A DNA stretch of 64,000 nt from a virus (lineage: Duplodnaviria > Caudoviricetes): positions 3,123-67,122 of the IMG/VR virus record IMGVR_UViG_3300038412_000036. One strand, given 5' to 3'. The translations under genes were made by a program, and so were the position numbers. This document shows, piece by piece, positions 43,270 to 51,698 of the stretch (positions within the stretch are counted from its first letter, which is position 1; each line of letters opens with the position of its first letter). The notes under the pieces were generated by a model. The model made no database searches. It saw only the letters and a program-made list of their open reading frames with translations, and had not been told where the DNA came from.

Positions 43270-43912
43270 CCCGCGTCGCCTCTTCAACCGGAAACCCGTG
43301 ATGCTCCCCACGCGACAGGATGCGGCGATTGTGATCTGCGGCGGCGGCGATCCGTTCGCCGAGGCTGAGCGCGCCATCGATCTGTGCACCGTCGCAGGGA
43401 AGCCATACGAGACCTTCGTCGGCAACGACATGATCGCCGAGTGGCCGGGCCACGTCCATCATGCGCACAGTCTCCACCCGGACAAGCTCTCGATGTGGCT
43501 CGGCAAACGCCGCTCGAATCATTTCCCTCCGCCGGACCACATCTGGGCTCACCGACCCTACACCGGCATCACCGACTGGACGCGCGACTGGGCTGGATCG
43601 ACCGGCCTCTTCTGCGTCAAGGTTGCCCGCGAGTTGGGCTTCGTCCATATCATGCTCTGCGGCGTCCACATGTCCGAGGACAGCGGACACTTCGTGCGCA
43701 AGCAGCGCTGGGATGCGTGCTCGACCTTCCTGCGTGGTTGGGAGATGCGCAAGGCATCTCTGTCGCCCTACGTGCGGAGCTTCGGCGGCTGGACGCGGGA
43801 GCAGTACGGCTTGCCGAGCCCCCAATGGCTTATGGAAGACATCGAGGACAAGCACCGCGAATCGGCACCGCCGACCTACATCTCGCGCATGAATGGAGGG
43901 TTGACGGCATGA
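43238..43912 (+). CDS. Maf/DUF115-like Rossmann-fold protein (possible sugar transferase)
   Basis: AIVICGGG, VGND, GSTGLF.VKVA.ELGF..I.LCGV.M. Confidence 0.45.
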   Translation: MTDPLAIPFGDPRRLFNRKPVMLPTRQDAAIVICGGGDPFAEAERAIDLCTVAGKPYETFVGNDMIAEWPGHVHHAHSLHPDKLSMWLGKRRSNHFPPPDHIWAHRPYTGITDWTRDWAGSTGLFCVKVARELGFVHIMLCGVHMSEDSGHFVRKQRWDACSTFLRGWEMRKASLSPYVRSFGGWTREQYGLPSPQWLMEDIEDKHRESAPPTYISRMNGGLTA

Positions 43913-44250
43913 GGCTGCGACGCAACTTCCCCGGCGGCAAGGCATGGTATCTGTCGCTCTTCGGCGGCAAGAACACCTACCCGGTGACCATCGAGTTCAA
44001 CCTCCACCACTTCGGCCAGAAAGTTTATCACGGACCGTTCTATAACCGGCCGAAACATTTGAGCATCCTGCAAGTGGACAACGCCGAGCAGCACTGGGGT
44101 CACAAGCTCTTCCCGCTCGTCTGGGGCTCCGGCGGCTGGCTCCACTGTGTCGAGCGCCCGGAGATCAGCGTCTCGCGCATTTGGTTCTATTCGCGCTGGG
44201 GCGTGATCATGCACATCGACATCACGATCAACCGGAAGCCGAGGGCATGA
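43909..44250 (+). CDS. hypothetical protein
   Basis: 3' part of ORF 43384..44250; GGAGG RBS; ATGA overlap. Confidence 0.55.
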   Translation: MRLRRNFPGGKAWYLSLFGGKNTYPVTIEFNLHHFGQKVYHGPFYNRPKHLSILQVDNAEQHWGHKLFPLVWGSGGWLHCVERPEISVSRIWFYSRWGVIMHIDITINRKPRA

Positions 44251-44453
44251 GCGTCGATATCGACAAGATCAGCGTCACCAAGCGCCGCCTCCTGATCGAG
44301 GCGGCGCGAGACTATGGCCGCAAGACCGGCAACTTCATCGTGCATATGCCCTTCAGCGATTGCGGGGCGGACATCGTCACGGTCAATCTCCATCACCGTC
44401 CACCCACCATCTCTAACTATGAGCAGAGCCCATGTCTGAAAGACTTTTACTGA
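44247..44453 (+). CDS. hypothetical protein
   Basis: ATGA overlap; GAGGG RBS. Confidence 0.45.
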   Translation: MSVDIDKISVTKRRLLIEAARDYGRKTGNFIVHMPFSDCGADIVTVNLHHRPPTISNYEQSPCLKDFY

Positions 44454-45454
44454 CCGGCGCTGGCGGCTCCATCGGCTGCCACACGCTGATGCACCTCCTG
44501 CACAACACCGACTGGCAGATCGTCTGCATCGACTCCTTTCGGCACAAGGGCCTGACCGACCGCGTCAAGGTCATGCTCGACGCGCACCCCGAGTTTGCCG
44601 AGCGCGTCACGGTCTTCACCCATGATCTGGCGGCTCCGATCTCGCACATCTTGCGGCAGAAGATCGGCCCGGTGCACTACATCATCAACATGGGCTCGCT
44701 GTCGGACGTTCACGATTCGATTGTCAACCCGGTGCCGTTCGTCAAGAACAACGTCGATCTGATCCTCAACATGCTGGAGTACGCGCGAGGTCAGGAACAC
44801 CTCAAGGCGTTCCTCCAGATCAGCTCGGACGAGGTCTATGGCCCGACCGACGGCAAGGGCTTCCACAAGGAGTGGGACCCCATCGTTCCGTCGAACCCCT
44901 ACTCGGCGTCGAAGGCGGCGCAGGAAGCCATTGCGATCTCCTACTGGCGCACCTACGCGATCCCGCTGGTCATCGTCAACCTGATGAACAACTTCGGCGA
45001 GATGCAGAGCCCGGCCAAGTTCCCGGCTATCGTGCAGCGCAAGCTCCGGGCGGGCGAGACGGTCACCGTGCACGCCAGCGTCGGCCACATCGGCTCGCGA
45101 TTCTACATCCACAGCCGCAACTCGGCTGACGCGTTCCTGCACCTCCTCCGCCACAAGGCTCCGCACACCCACGTCGAGGGCACCGTGGACAAGCCGGACC
45201 GCTACAACATCGTCGGCGACAAGCAGATCACGAACGTCGAGCTGGTCGAGATGATCGCCAAGGCACTTGACAAGCCCGCCAACTACGTGATTGAAGATTC
45301 GAAGGTCACCCGCCCGGGCCACGACGCGCACTATGGCTTGGACGGGGAGAAGCTGGCGGCCACCGGCTGGAAGTCTCCGCTGTCACTGGAGGCGTCCATG
45401 GCGAACGTCGTCCAGTGGTACGAAGAGAATCCGGAATGGCTCGTCGCAAAATAA
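44432..45454 (+). CDS. NDP-sugar 4,6-dehydratase (RmlB-like extended SDR)
   Basis: TGAGGSIG, SSDEVYG, NPYSASKAAQE, RPGHD..Y. Confidence 0.88.
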   Translation: MSERLLLTGAGGSIGCHTLMHLLHNTDWQIVCIDSFRHKGLTDRVKVMLDAHPEFAERVTVFTHDLAAPISHILRQKIGPVHYIINMGSLSDVHDSIVNPVPFVKNNVDLILNMLEYARGQEHLKAFLQISSDEVYGPTDGKGFHKEWDPIVPSNPYSASKAAQEAIAISYWRTYAIPLVIVNLMNNFGEMQSPAKFPAIVQRKLRAGETVTVHASVGHIGSRFYIHSRNSADAFLHLLRHKAPHTHVEGTVDKPDRYNIVGDKQITNVELVEMIAKALDKPANYVIEDSKVTRPGHDAHYGLDGEKLAATGWKSPLSLEASMANVVQWYEENPEWLVAK

Positions 45455-45786
45455 TCAAACGCACAGCACTGATCGGCAAGCCCGGCACCGGCCACGCGTG
45501 GCTGGAGGTGGACTCTTTCGAGGGTCTGCCGCCGGGTACATCGATCTGCATCGGCTACATCGACGAGCACGGCACGACCGGCCACTCCTACGACGTATAC
45601 CGGCCGAAGCGTAAGAAGGGCGAGAGCCCGGTCGCCTACTATCGCCGCACCAAGGTCGTGCCCGACGACTTCGCCAAGCGGCACAACGGCTGGTACTACT
45701 GCAACCCCTATCACTGCAAACATCGCTGGCGCTCCAAGAAGGAGCGCGACGAACACATGGACATGGCGTATGCACTCCTCGGTTAA
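45415..45786 (+). CDS. hypothetical protein
   Basis: ORF track; fills the gap between dehydratase and mutase. Confidence 0.55.
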   Translation: MVRRESGMARRKIIKRTALIGKPGTGHAWLEVDSFEGLPPGTSICIGYIDEHGTTGHSYDVYRPKRKKGESPVAYYRRTKVVPDDFAKRHNGWYYCNPYHCKHRWRSKKERDEHMDMAYALLG

Positions 45787-46921
45787 GATCATCGGCGCTG
45801 GCCTCGCTGGCGCGACCATCGCACAACGGCTCGCCGAGGGCGGCGTCAAGAACATCGAGGTTTTCGATTCCCGCAATCACGTCGGCGGGAACGTCCACAC
45901 CGAGCGCGATCCCTCGACCGGCGTCATGGTGCACAAGTACGGCCCGCACATCTTCCACACCGACAACACCATGGTCTGGCGGTACGTCAACCGCTTCGGC
46001 CGCTTCTGGCCGTACACCCAGCGCACCAAGGCGAGAGCCCGAGGTGAGGTCTTCTCCTTCCCCATCAACCTGCACACGATCAATCAGCTTTACCGGCAAA
46101 ACTTCAGCCCTGATCAGGCGCGGGAGTTTATCGGCAAGCGCGCTGCGCAGGACTCCCGTTATCTTCTCGGTCAACCTCGCAGCTTCGAACAGCTTGCAGT
46201 CTCGCTCCTCGGCGAGGAGCTGTATGCGATGTTTCTGCGCGACTATACCAAGAAGCAATGGGGCCGCGACCCACACGAGCTTCCGGCGTCCATCCTGAAG
46301 CGGCTCCCGATGCGCTGGGACTACAACGACAACGCCTACGATCATCGGTATCAGGGCATCCCGGTTGAGGGCTACACCAAGATGGTAGAGAACATGCTCG
46401 ACCATCCGAGCATCAAGGTGCACCTCGGTACGCACATCGTCCGGACCGACTGGCGCTACTTGGCAGAAGATGCGTTCGTGTTCTACAGCGGCGCAATCGA
46501 CGCGTGGTTTGACTACGTGAGTGGCCCGCTCGCGTATCGCACGCTCGACCTTGAAACCCTTGTGGACCTCTCGACGCGGGACTATCAGGGTTGCAGCGTC
46601 CTCAACTCGTGCGACTTATCCACACCTTGGACACGCTCGACAGAGCATCGGCACTTTACACCGTGGGAAACAAGCCACACTGGCACGGTCGTGACGCGGG
46701 AATTTAGCCGGGAATGTGACCCGCAGAGTGGCGATATCCGCTACTATCCCGTGCATCTGGCGCATGAGAACGAGCGGCTGGCGGTGTATCACGAGCTGGC
46801 GGCTCGGGAGGATAGCGTCGCTTTCGTTGGCAGGCTCGGCACTTACCAGTATCTGGACATGGACAAGACGATCTGGCTCTCGATGAAGCGCGCGGCGGAG
46901 TTCCTGCAATCCGGGCGATAA
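45770..46921 (+). CDS. glf: UDP-galactopyranose mutase
   Basis: IIGAGLAG, GGN, HKYGPHIFHT, YQGIP..GYT, TRSTEH.HF, RYYP, GRLGTY.YLDMD. Confidence 0.92.
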   Translation: MHSSVKIIGAGLAGATIAQRLAEGGVKNIEVFDSRNHVGGNVHTERDPSTGVMVHKYGPHIFHTDNTMVWRYVNRFGRFWPYTQRTKARARGEVFSFPINLHTINQLYRQNFSPDQAREFIGKRAAQDSRYLLGQPRSFEQLAVSLLGEELYAMFLRDYTKKQWGRDPHELPASILKRLPMRWDYNDNAYDHRYQGIPVEGYTKMVENMLDHPSIKVHLGTHIVRTDWRYLAEDAFVFYSGAIDAWFDYVSGPLAYRTLDLETLVDLSTRDYQGCSVLNSCDLSTPWTRSTEHRHFTPWETSHTGTVVTREFSRECDPQSGDIRYYPVHLAHENERLAVYHELAAREDSVAFVGRLGTYQYLDMDKTIWLSMKRAAEFLQSGR

Positions 46922-46927
46922 TGTGAC

Positions 46928-46958
46928 CTTGACTTATAGTTAATTTCCGGGTAAAGCT
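46928..46958 (+). promoter_or_regulatory. lysis-cassette promoter with overlapping near-consensus CtrA box
   Basis: CTTGAC-N17-GTAAAG; TTAA-TTTCCGG-GTAA at 46940..46954 (minus strand TTAC-N7-TTAAC). Confidence 0.55.
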
Positions 46959-46996
46959 TTCGAATCTCCCCCACCCTGATTCGAAAAGGCACACCC

Positions 46997-47287
46997 ATGT
47001 CTGCTTTCACGACCTTCCTCACGGATACCCAGCTTATCCTCGTCACCGCCGCCGTCGCGTTCGTGGCGGGCGTCGTCCTGTCGCAGCGCGTCAAGGACAG
47101 CATCAAGGGCGTCCCGGCCGAAGCCCGCACCGCGCTCAACGGCGCTGAGGTGAATGTGCTCGCTGCGATCAAGCAGGCGCAGGCTGACGCCGTCTCCAAG
47201 CTCCTTCCGGCGGCTGCCAAAGTCGTTCCTCCGGCTGCTCCGGCCCCGGTCACCCCTCCGGCTCCCCCGGCTCCTCCGGCGGCGTAA
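46997..47287 (+). CDS. membrane protein with Ala/Pro-rich tail (lysis cassette)
   Basis: N-terminal TM helix; AAGG RBS. Confidence 0.65.
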   Translation: MSAFTTFLTDTQLILVTAAVAFVAGVVLSQRVKDSIKGVPAEARTALNGAEVNVLAAIKQAQADAVSKLLPAAAKVVPPAAPAPVTPPAPPAPPAA

Positions 47288-47363
47288 CGAAGTAAAGCCC
47301 GGGTCGGCCTCTGCGCAAGCATGCTCCCGGGCTCAGTCCATCTGAAGTCCCCCGGAGATCACC

Positions 47364-48167
47364 ATGGCACAGTCAACTTACAAACCGTTCGTGGACCGCA
47401 TGATTCAGCGGTACGAAGGAGCGTATGGCTGGTCGAAGAGTGATCCGGGCGGCCCCACCAAGTACGGCGTGACGTGCTGGGACCTCGCCGAGCATCGTGG
47501 TCAGAAGATGGACTCGATGCAGCGGTGGGCTCCCATCGTCGCCGCCATGGCGCTGGACGAAGCCGAGGCGATCTACGCCACGAAGTATGCCAGCGCGATC
47601 CGCTACAACGATCTCCCGGCCGGGACCGACGCGGTCATGATGGACTACGCCGTCAACTCCGGCATCTCCCGGGCGGTGCGCGTCGCTCGCGCCATGCTCA
47701 ACGTGCCCGGTAGCAACTCCCGGGTCGATCAGCCGCTGCTCGACGCAATCCGCAAAGTCGATCCCACATGGTTTGTCAAAACCATGTGCGCAGAGCGTTT
47801 GCAGTTCATGCACGCGATCCGTGGCGGACAGGCGTGGGCCGAATACGGTCACGGCTGGGGCGCTCGCGTCGCCGATCTCCAGACCTACAGCCTTCACCTC
47901 ATTTCCAGCCCGGCGTCTACCGCGCCCGAGGCTCCCGACCTCACCAAGCTGGCGCAGCCCAAGGCTACGCACGTCGCGAAGACGGCTGGCAAGGTCACCA
48001 CGGGTGGCGCTATCGCCTCCGGTGCGACTTCGCACGCCTCCGGTGCGCCGCTCTGGCAGACCGCCGCGATTGTCGTCGGCGTCTTCCTCGTCGGTCTCGC
48101 CTACGAAGCCTATCAGGACTACGTCGCCAACAAGGCGAACAACACCGTTCACTTCGCTTTTGCATAA
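47364..48167 (+). CDS. endolysin, glycoside hydrolase family 108
   Basis: EGAY....DPGGPTKYGV, D.AVNSG..RA, GW..RV; C-terminal hydrophobic segment. Confidence 0.88.
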   Translation: MAQSTYKPFVDRMIQRYEGAYGWSKSDPGGPTKYGVTCWDLAEHRGQKMDSMQRWAPIVAAMALDEAEAIYATKYASAIRYNDLPAGTDAVMMDYAVNSGISRAVRVARAMLNVPGSNSRVDQPLLDAIRKVDPTWFVKTMCAERLQFMHAIRGGQAWAEYGHGWGARVADLQTYSLHLISSPASTAPEAPDLTKLAQPKATHVAKTAGKVTTGGAIASGATSHASGAPLWQTAAIVVGVFLVGLAYEAYQDYVANKANNTVHFAFA

Positions 48168-48176
48168 GGGGCGACC

Positions 48177-48470
48177 ATGTACCAGACACTCAAAGCCTAC
48201 GCCATCAGCTTCCATCAGTCGTTCCGTAGCTCGTCGGTCATCCTGATCGCTCGAATCAACGTGCTGATCGGCTCGGCCTTCACGGTGCTGCTCACCATGA
48301 GCCCGGACTCGCTCGGCAATCTGAGCCCGGTCTTCAAGGACCCTCGCGTCGCGACTGCTTGGATCATCGCCAACGGCATCATCACCGAGTATGGCCGTCG
48401 TCGGCCCGGCTCGACGCAGCCGCTCGACCCGGTCACGCCCTACCAGCCGACCGACGGCCCATTGAAGTGA
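48177..48470 (+). CDS. putative holin
   Basis: Two hydrophobic segments, basic C-terminus; next to endolysin. Confidence 0.5.
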   Translation: MYQTLKAYAISFHQSFRSSSVILIARINVLIGSAFTVLLTMSPDSLGNLSPVFKDPRVATAWIIANGIITEYGRRRPGSTQPLDPVTPYQPTDGPLK

Positions 48471-48479
48471 GGATGTGCC

Positions 48480-48929
48480 ATGTGGGAGCTGATCAGCGCC
48501 GTCCCGTCTCTGCTCAAGGGCATCTTCGGAACCGTCAACCACGTGACGGACGCGCTCGCGAATGAGAAGATCGCCGTCGTCAATGCGACGACCGAGCAGG
48601 AGCGCATCGCTGCGCAGGAGCGCGTCAACACGCTGACGCTCCGCCGCGATGTCCTGATCAACGAGGGCCGCTTCACGCGGCTCAACGTCGTGATGCGCTT
48701 TGCTATCGCGTGCTGCGTGCTGGTCATCCTCGCGAAGATTCTCGTCTGGGACAAGTCGGTCGGGCCGTTCTTTGGCTGCGTCGGCAAGCTCACGACTCCC
48801 GAGGCGCTGGAGTGTCGCCAGTTCGTTACTGATGCGCTCGACCCCAACCTCTGGCATCTGATCATGGTTGTTGTCGGGTTTTATTTCTTGTCTGAGGCTG
48901 CGACGATCTTACGGAGGGGCAGCAAATGA
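48480..48929 (+). CDS. putative holin (3TM/GTA-holin-like)
   Basis: Amphipathic N-terminus, TM segments, LW....VVGFYF motif. Confidence 0.55.
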   Translation: MWELISAVPSLLKGIFGTVNHVTDALANEKIAVVNATTEQERIAAQERVNTLTLRRDVLINEGRFTRLNVVMRFAIACCVLVILAKILVWDKSVGPFFGCVGKLTTPEALECRQFVTDALDPNLWHLIMVVVGFYFLSEAATILRRGSK

Positions 48930-49171
48930 CTGAAACGAGTCTTCAGGAACAACTCAAGCACGACCGCGACCTCTACATCGCGACCACGCTCGGCAGCATC
49001 GAGGCGAAGCTTGAGAGCATCGACGTGCGCATGGGCACGGTCGAGAAAGAGATCAAGAGCGTAGTCGGAACGGTCAACCGATGGAAGGGCGCGACGGCGA
49101 TCCTGATCCTCGTCGGCGGCATCATCGGATGGCTAGGGAATCTCTTCGTCAAAGGTGGGAGCCACACGTGA
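48926..49171 (+). CDS. coiled-coil protein with C-terminal TM (lysis-associated)
   Basis: Coiled coil then KGATAILILVGGIIGWL. Confidence 0.6.
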   Translation: MTETSLQEQLKHDRDLYIATTLGSIEAKLESIDVRMGTVEKEIKSVVGTVNRWKGATAILILVGGIIGWLGNLFVKGGSHT

Positions 49172-49329
49172 ACGAAGTCCTGCACCAGATCGAGCAGCAT
49201 GACGCCGAGCTGGAGGAGCGCGCGAAGACAGTCGCGTATTTTTCAGTGATCAACGCCATCGGCGGCGCGGCCGTACTTCTCGGATCGGCAGCGTTTGTCT
49301 TTGCAGCGCTGCGCTATTTCGGTTTGTAA
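49168..49329 (+). CDS. small membrane protein
   Basis: GTG 49168 after GGGAG; C-terminal TM. Confidence 0.5.
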   Translation: MNEVLHQIEQHDAELEERAKTVAYFSVINAIGGAAVLLGSAAFVFAALRYFGL

Positions 49330-49354
49330 ACTAGCACTGTGCATAACTCAGATC

Positions 49355-49388
49355 GCTAGTTGAGCCACCCTCCTGCGTCTGGTAGACT
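49355..49388 (+). promoter_or_regulatory. GCTAG-type late promoter 5
   Basis: GCTAG-TTGAGC-N17-TAGACT. Confidence 0.6.
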
Positions 49389-49513
49389 CTCCTCTCATTC
49401 GTGAAGGGGGAGATTTAGTGCTGCTCAAAATCCAAATCGACTACCTCGTGGGGCACATCACGTCTCGCCTCGCGGGTGTCCTGCAATCCACAATCAAGAA
49501 GGAATTATCGCCC

Positions 49514-49867
49514 ATGGTAGATGTCGTCGCCGATCTCCGCGCCCAAGTCCAAGAGACCTTGGCCGCCGTCAACGCCCTCCTCGCTCAGCACGCGGATGAC
49601 GTTGCAAAGCTCGCCGCGATCCCGGTCACCCCGGACAATACCGCCGATCTGGAGGCTCAGATCGCCGCCCTCAAGGATGGAACCGCCAAGGTGACCGCCG
49701 CTCTGGCCTCGGCTACGGCTGCGGTGGCTGCTCCGGTCGCCAGCGCGGGCGCGGCAGCGGCTCCGGCGGATGCCCCGGCACCAGCGGCCCCGGCGGATTC
49801 CGCCGCACCGACGGCTCCCGCTGAGGCTCCTGCGGCCACCCCGGCAGCTCCCGGAACGACCGCATAA
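49514..49867 (+). CDS. Ala-rich coiled-coil protein with Ala/Pro tail
   Basis: ORF track 49418..49867; ATG 49514 after AAGGA. Confidence 0.65.
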   Translation: MVDVVADLRAQVQETLAAVNALLAQHADDVAKLAAIPVTPDNTADLEAQIAALKDGTAKVTAALASATAAVAAPVASAGAAAAPADAPAPAAPADSAAPTAPAEAPAATPAAPGTTA

Positions 49868-49889
49868 CACTCCCGCATGCCCAAAACGG

Positions 49890-49920
49890 AAAAGCCCGGC
49901 GCGAGCCGGGCTTTTCTTTT
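49890..49920. terminator. bidirectional terminator between late and early arms
   Basis: AAAAGCCCGGC-GCGA-GCCGGGCTTTT with A-run before and T-run after, at the convergence point. Confidence 0.85.
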
Positions 49921-50036
49921 GAGAGACGAAGCGTTCGGCCTGACAAGGCCGGGACGGGCTCCCAAAATGGTTGAGGGCATCCGAGCGTGGCCCTCTCGCG
50001 CTCCCCACCAGCTCCGCTCGTGGGCGCGGTTGTAAC

Positions 50037-50243
50037 TCAGACTGAAAGGCTCCTCTTCACCGCCTCGACAGAGCGATGCACCTCTCCGCACACATCGCCA
50101 CTGGTCGGCTTGTAATACCAGCCAGTGCTGTCGGACGGCGTGCCGCAACCGAAGGCGGGGGCTTTCACGATAGTGCCGGTGCGACGGCGGTCGAGATAGA
50201 CGGCGATGCCGTCCGTGACGGGCTTGTAGGTGATCGTGCTCAT
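50037..50243 (-). CDS. hypothetical protein
   Basis: ATG 50243 after AGGAG. Confidence 0.65.
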   Translation of the reverse strand: MSTITYKPVTDGIAVYLDRRRTGTIVKAPAFGCGTPSDSTGWYYKPTSGDVCGEVHRSVEAVKRSLSV

Positions 50244-50289
50244 GGGCGGCTCCTGTTGCGGTAGAGAATAGGCCACCCAGTGCGAAACA

Positions 50290-50326
50290 CAAGCCCATTT
50301 GAGTCCGATGGTTAATGTGCGGTAAA
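50290..50326 (-). promoter_or_regulatory. CtrA-box promoter element 3
   Basis: Minus strand TTTA-CCGCACA-TTAAC then N16-GCTTG. Confidence 0.65.
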
Positions 50327-50330
50327 AAGT

Positions 50331-50357
50331 AAAGCCCGGCTTAGCGGCCGGGCTCTT
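50331..50357 (-). terminator. terminator of the minus-strand arm
   Basis: AGCCCGGC-TTAGCG-GCCGGGCT with T-run on minus strand. Confidence 0.7.
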
Positions 50358-50374
50358 GAGGGCACGTCAGGCAG

Positions 50375-50390
50375 GTTAAGGTGCCCTTAA
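50375..50390 (-). promoter_or_regulatory. perfect CtrA consensus box
   Basis: Minus strand TTAA-GGGCACC-TTAAC, overlapping stop codon of 50387..50758. Confidence 0.5.
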
Positions 50391-50758
50391 GCGCGCATCC
50401 CGGCGTCTACCAGCGCCTTGATCGCCTCGTCGCGCTCGCGCACCCGGCGTGCCCGGTCGTCGATCACAGCTTGCGCGAGTCCGGCCCGGCCTGCGTCGCT
50501 CAGCTTGCGCCGCCGGTTGGTTTTCGTCTGCCGGGCCTTCTCGCGCCAGCCCTTGGTCGGATGAAGCCATGGGTGAATCTTCGGCATGTGCACCTCGGGC
50601 AATGCCACGTCGAGCGCCTTGACCTTCGCCTCGCCCGGATGGTCGGGAAGGCTCTTGACCGCTTCGATCACGTCCGGCGTGAGCTTGCTCAGTTCGTCGA
50701 GCGCGACGATGTGATCCGGGTTCTCCATTCTCAGATTTCCTTTCGCATGACGGACCAT
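50387..50758 (-). CDS. hypothetical protein
   Basis: ORF track; basic C-terminal half. Confidence 0.65.
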   Translation of the reverse strand: MVRHAKGNLRMENPDHIVALDELSKLTPDVIEAVKSLPDHPGEAKVKALDVALPEVHMPKIHPWLHPTKGWREKARQTKTNRRRKLSDAGRAGLAQAVIDDRARRVRERDEAIKALVDAGMRA

Positions 50759-51291
50759 GTCTGGTCGCCGTAGTGGATGTCGATTGTCTCGAATCCGAAG
50801 TTCTCAAAGAACCCCGGGTGAATCGTCGAGACCATGACGTACTCGACCTTGAGCGCCTTGGCAAGCTCCAATCGTGCACGCGTGAGGAGGGTGCCAAAGC
50901 CTTTGTCCTGATGCTTCGGGTGGACGGTGACGCCCGTAAACTCCGCCATGTTCGGCATCGCCCACGACTTGCGGATGCTAGAGAAGCCGAGCACCTCGCG
51001 CCCGGCCTCGATCACGAATGTCGCGGACTCAGGAGCACCGTTGCGGAACATCGCCTGCGACTGGTGGATCAGCGTCGTCGCCATCGGCTCGTCCCAGACC
51101 GAGCGCGCGATGAGCGGGATGTCGATCTGGAGATCGCCCGGCCGGAGATAGCGCAGATAGTGGATATCGACCATCTCGTCCACGCCCCTAGAGGCGCGCG
51201 GGTCGAACTCGCACACCGACATACGCGGCATCACCGGCTTGCAGTAGTCGGGGTGGAGGATGAAATCTCGCTTGTCGCTGTAGTCGCGCAT
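50731..51291 (-). CDS. GNAT-family acetyltransferase
   Basis: VTVHPKHQDKGFGTLL (acetyl-CoA motif A), FFENFGF. Confidence 0.85.
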   Translation of the reverse strand: MRDYSDKRDFILHPDYCKPVMPRMSVCEFDPRASRGVDEMVDIHYLRYLRPGDLQIDIPLIARSVWDEPMATTLIHQSQAMFRNGAPESATFVIEAGREVLGFSSIRKSWAMPNMAEFTGVTVHPKHQDKGFGTLLTRARLELAKALKVEYVMVSTIHPGFFENFGFETIDIHYGDQTWSVMRKEI

Positions 51292-51551
51292 CAGTTTCTC
51301 CTATAGTGGATCGCCATCCCGAGCCACACCGCATTGGCGATGACGATAGAGCAGCCGCCCGCGAATGACGCCCACTGACCGAGGCTGGGATAGTAGAACA
51401 GATTCCAGATGCCCCACGAGGTGAAGAAGGTGACAGGCAGCACGGACACGCCACGGACGCACTTGTCGCGGTACAGCCGCACGCAGTTCATGACGATCAT
51501 CGCGCCGCCGACGGCTTCGAAAGCTCCGTTGACCAGATCAGGGATTTGCAC
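51291..51551 (-). CDS. PQ-loop/SemiSWEET-like 3-TM membrane protein
   Basis: Three TM helices; LYRDKCVRGVS...W.IW..FY pattern. Confidence 0.55.
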   Translation of the reverse strand: MQIPDLVNGAFEAVGGAMIVMNCVRLYRDKCVRGVSVLPVTFFTSWGIWNLFYYPSLGQWASFAGGCSIVIANAVWLGMAIHYRRN

Positions 51552-51698
51552 GCTTCTTCTCCTCGGGCCTCGTCTCTGCCATGCGCTCGGACAGACACAT
51601 GGCTTCGGCCAGTGTCAGGTCCGTGCGCTTGCTGGTGAAATAGATGAAGCGGCGCGTGAGCGCCGCCTCTTCTTCGCGAATCGCCTCAGCGAGTGTCT

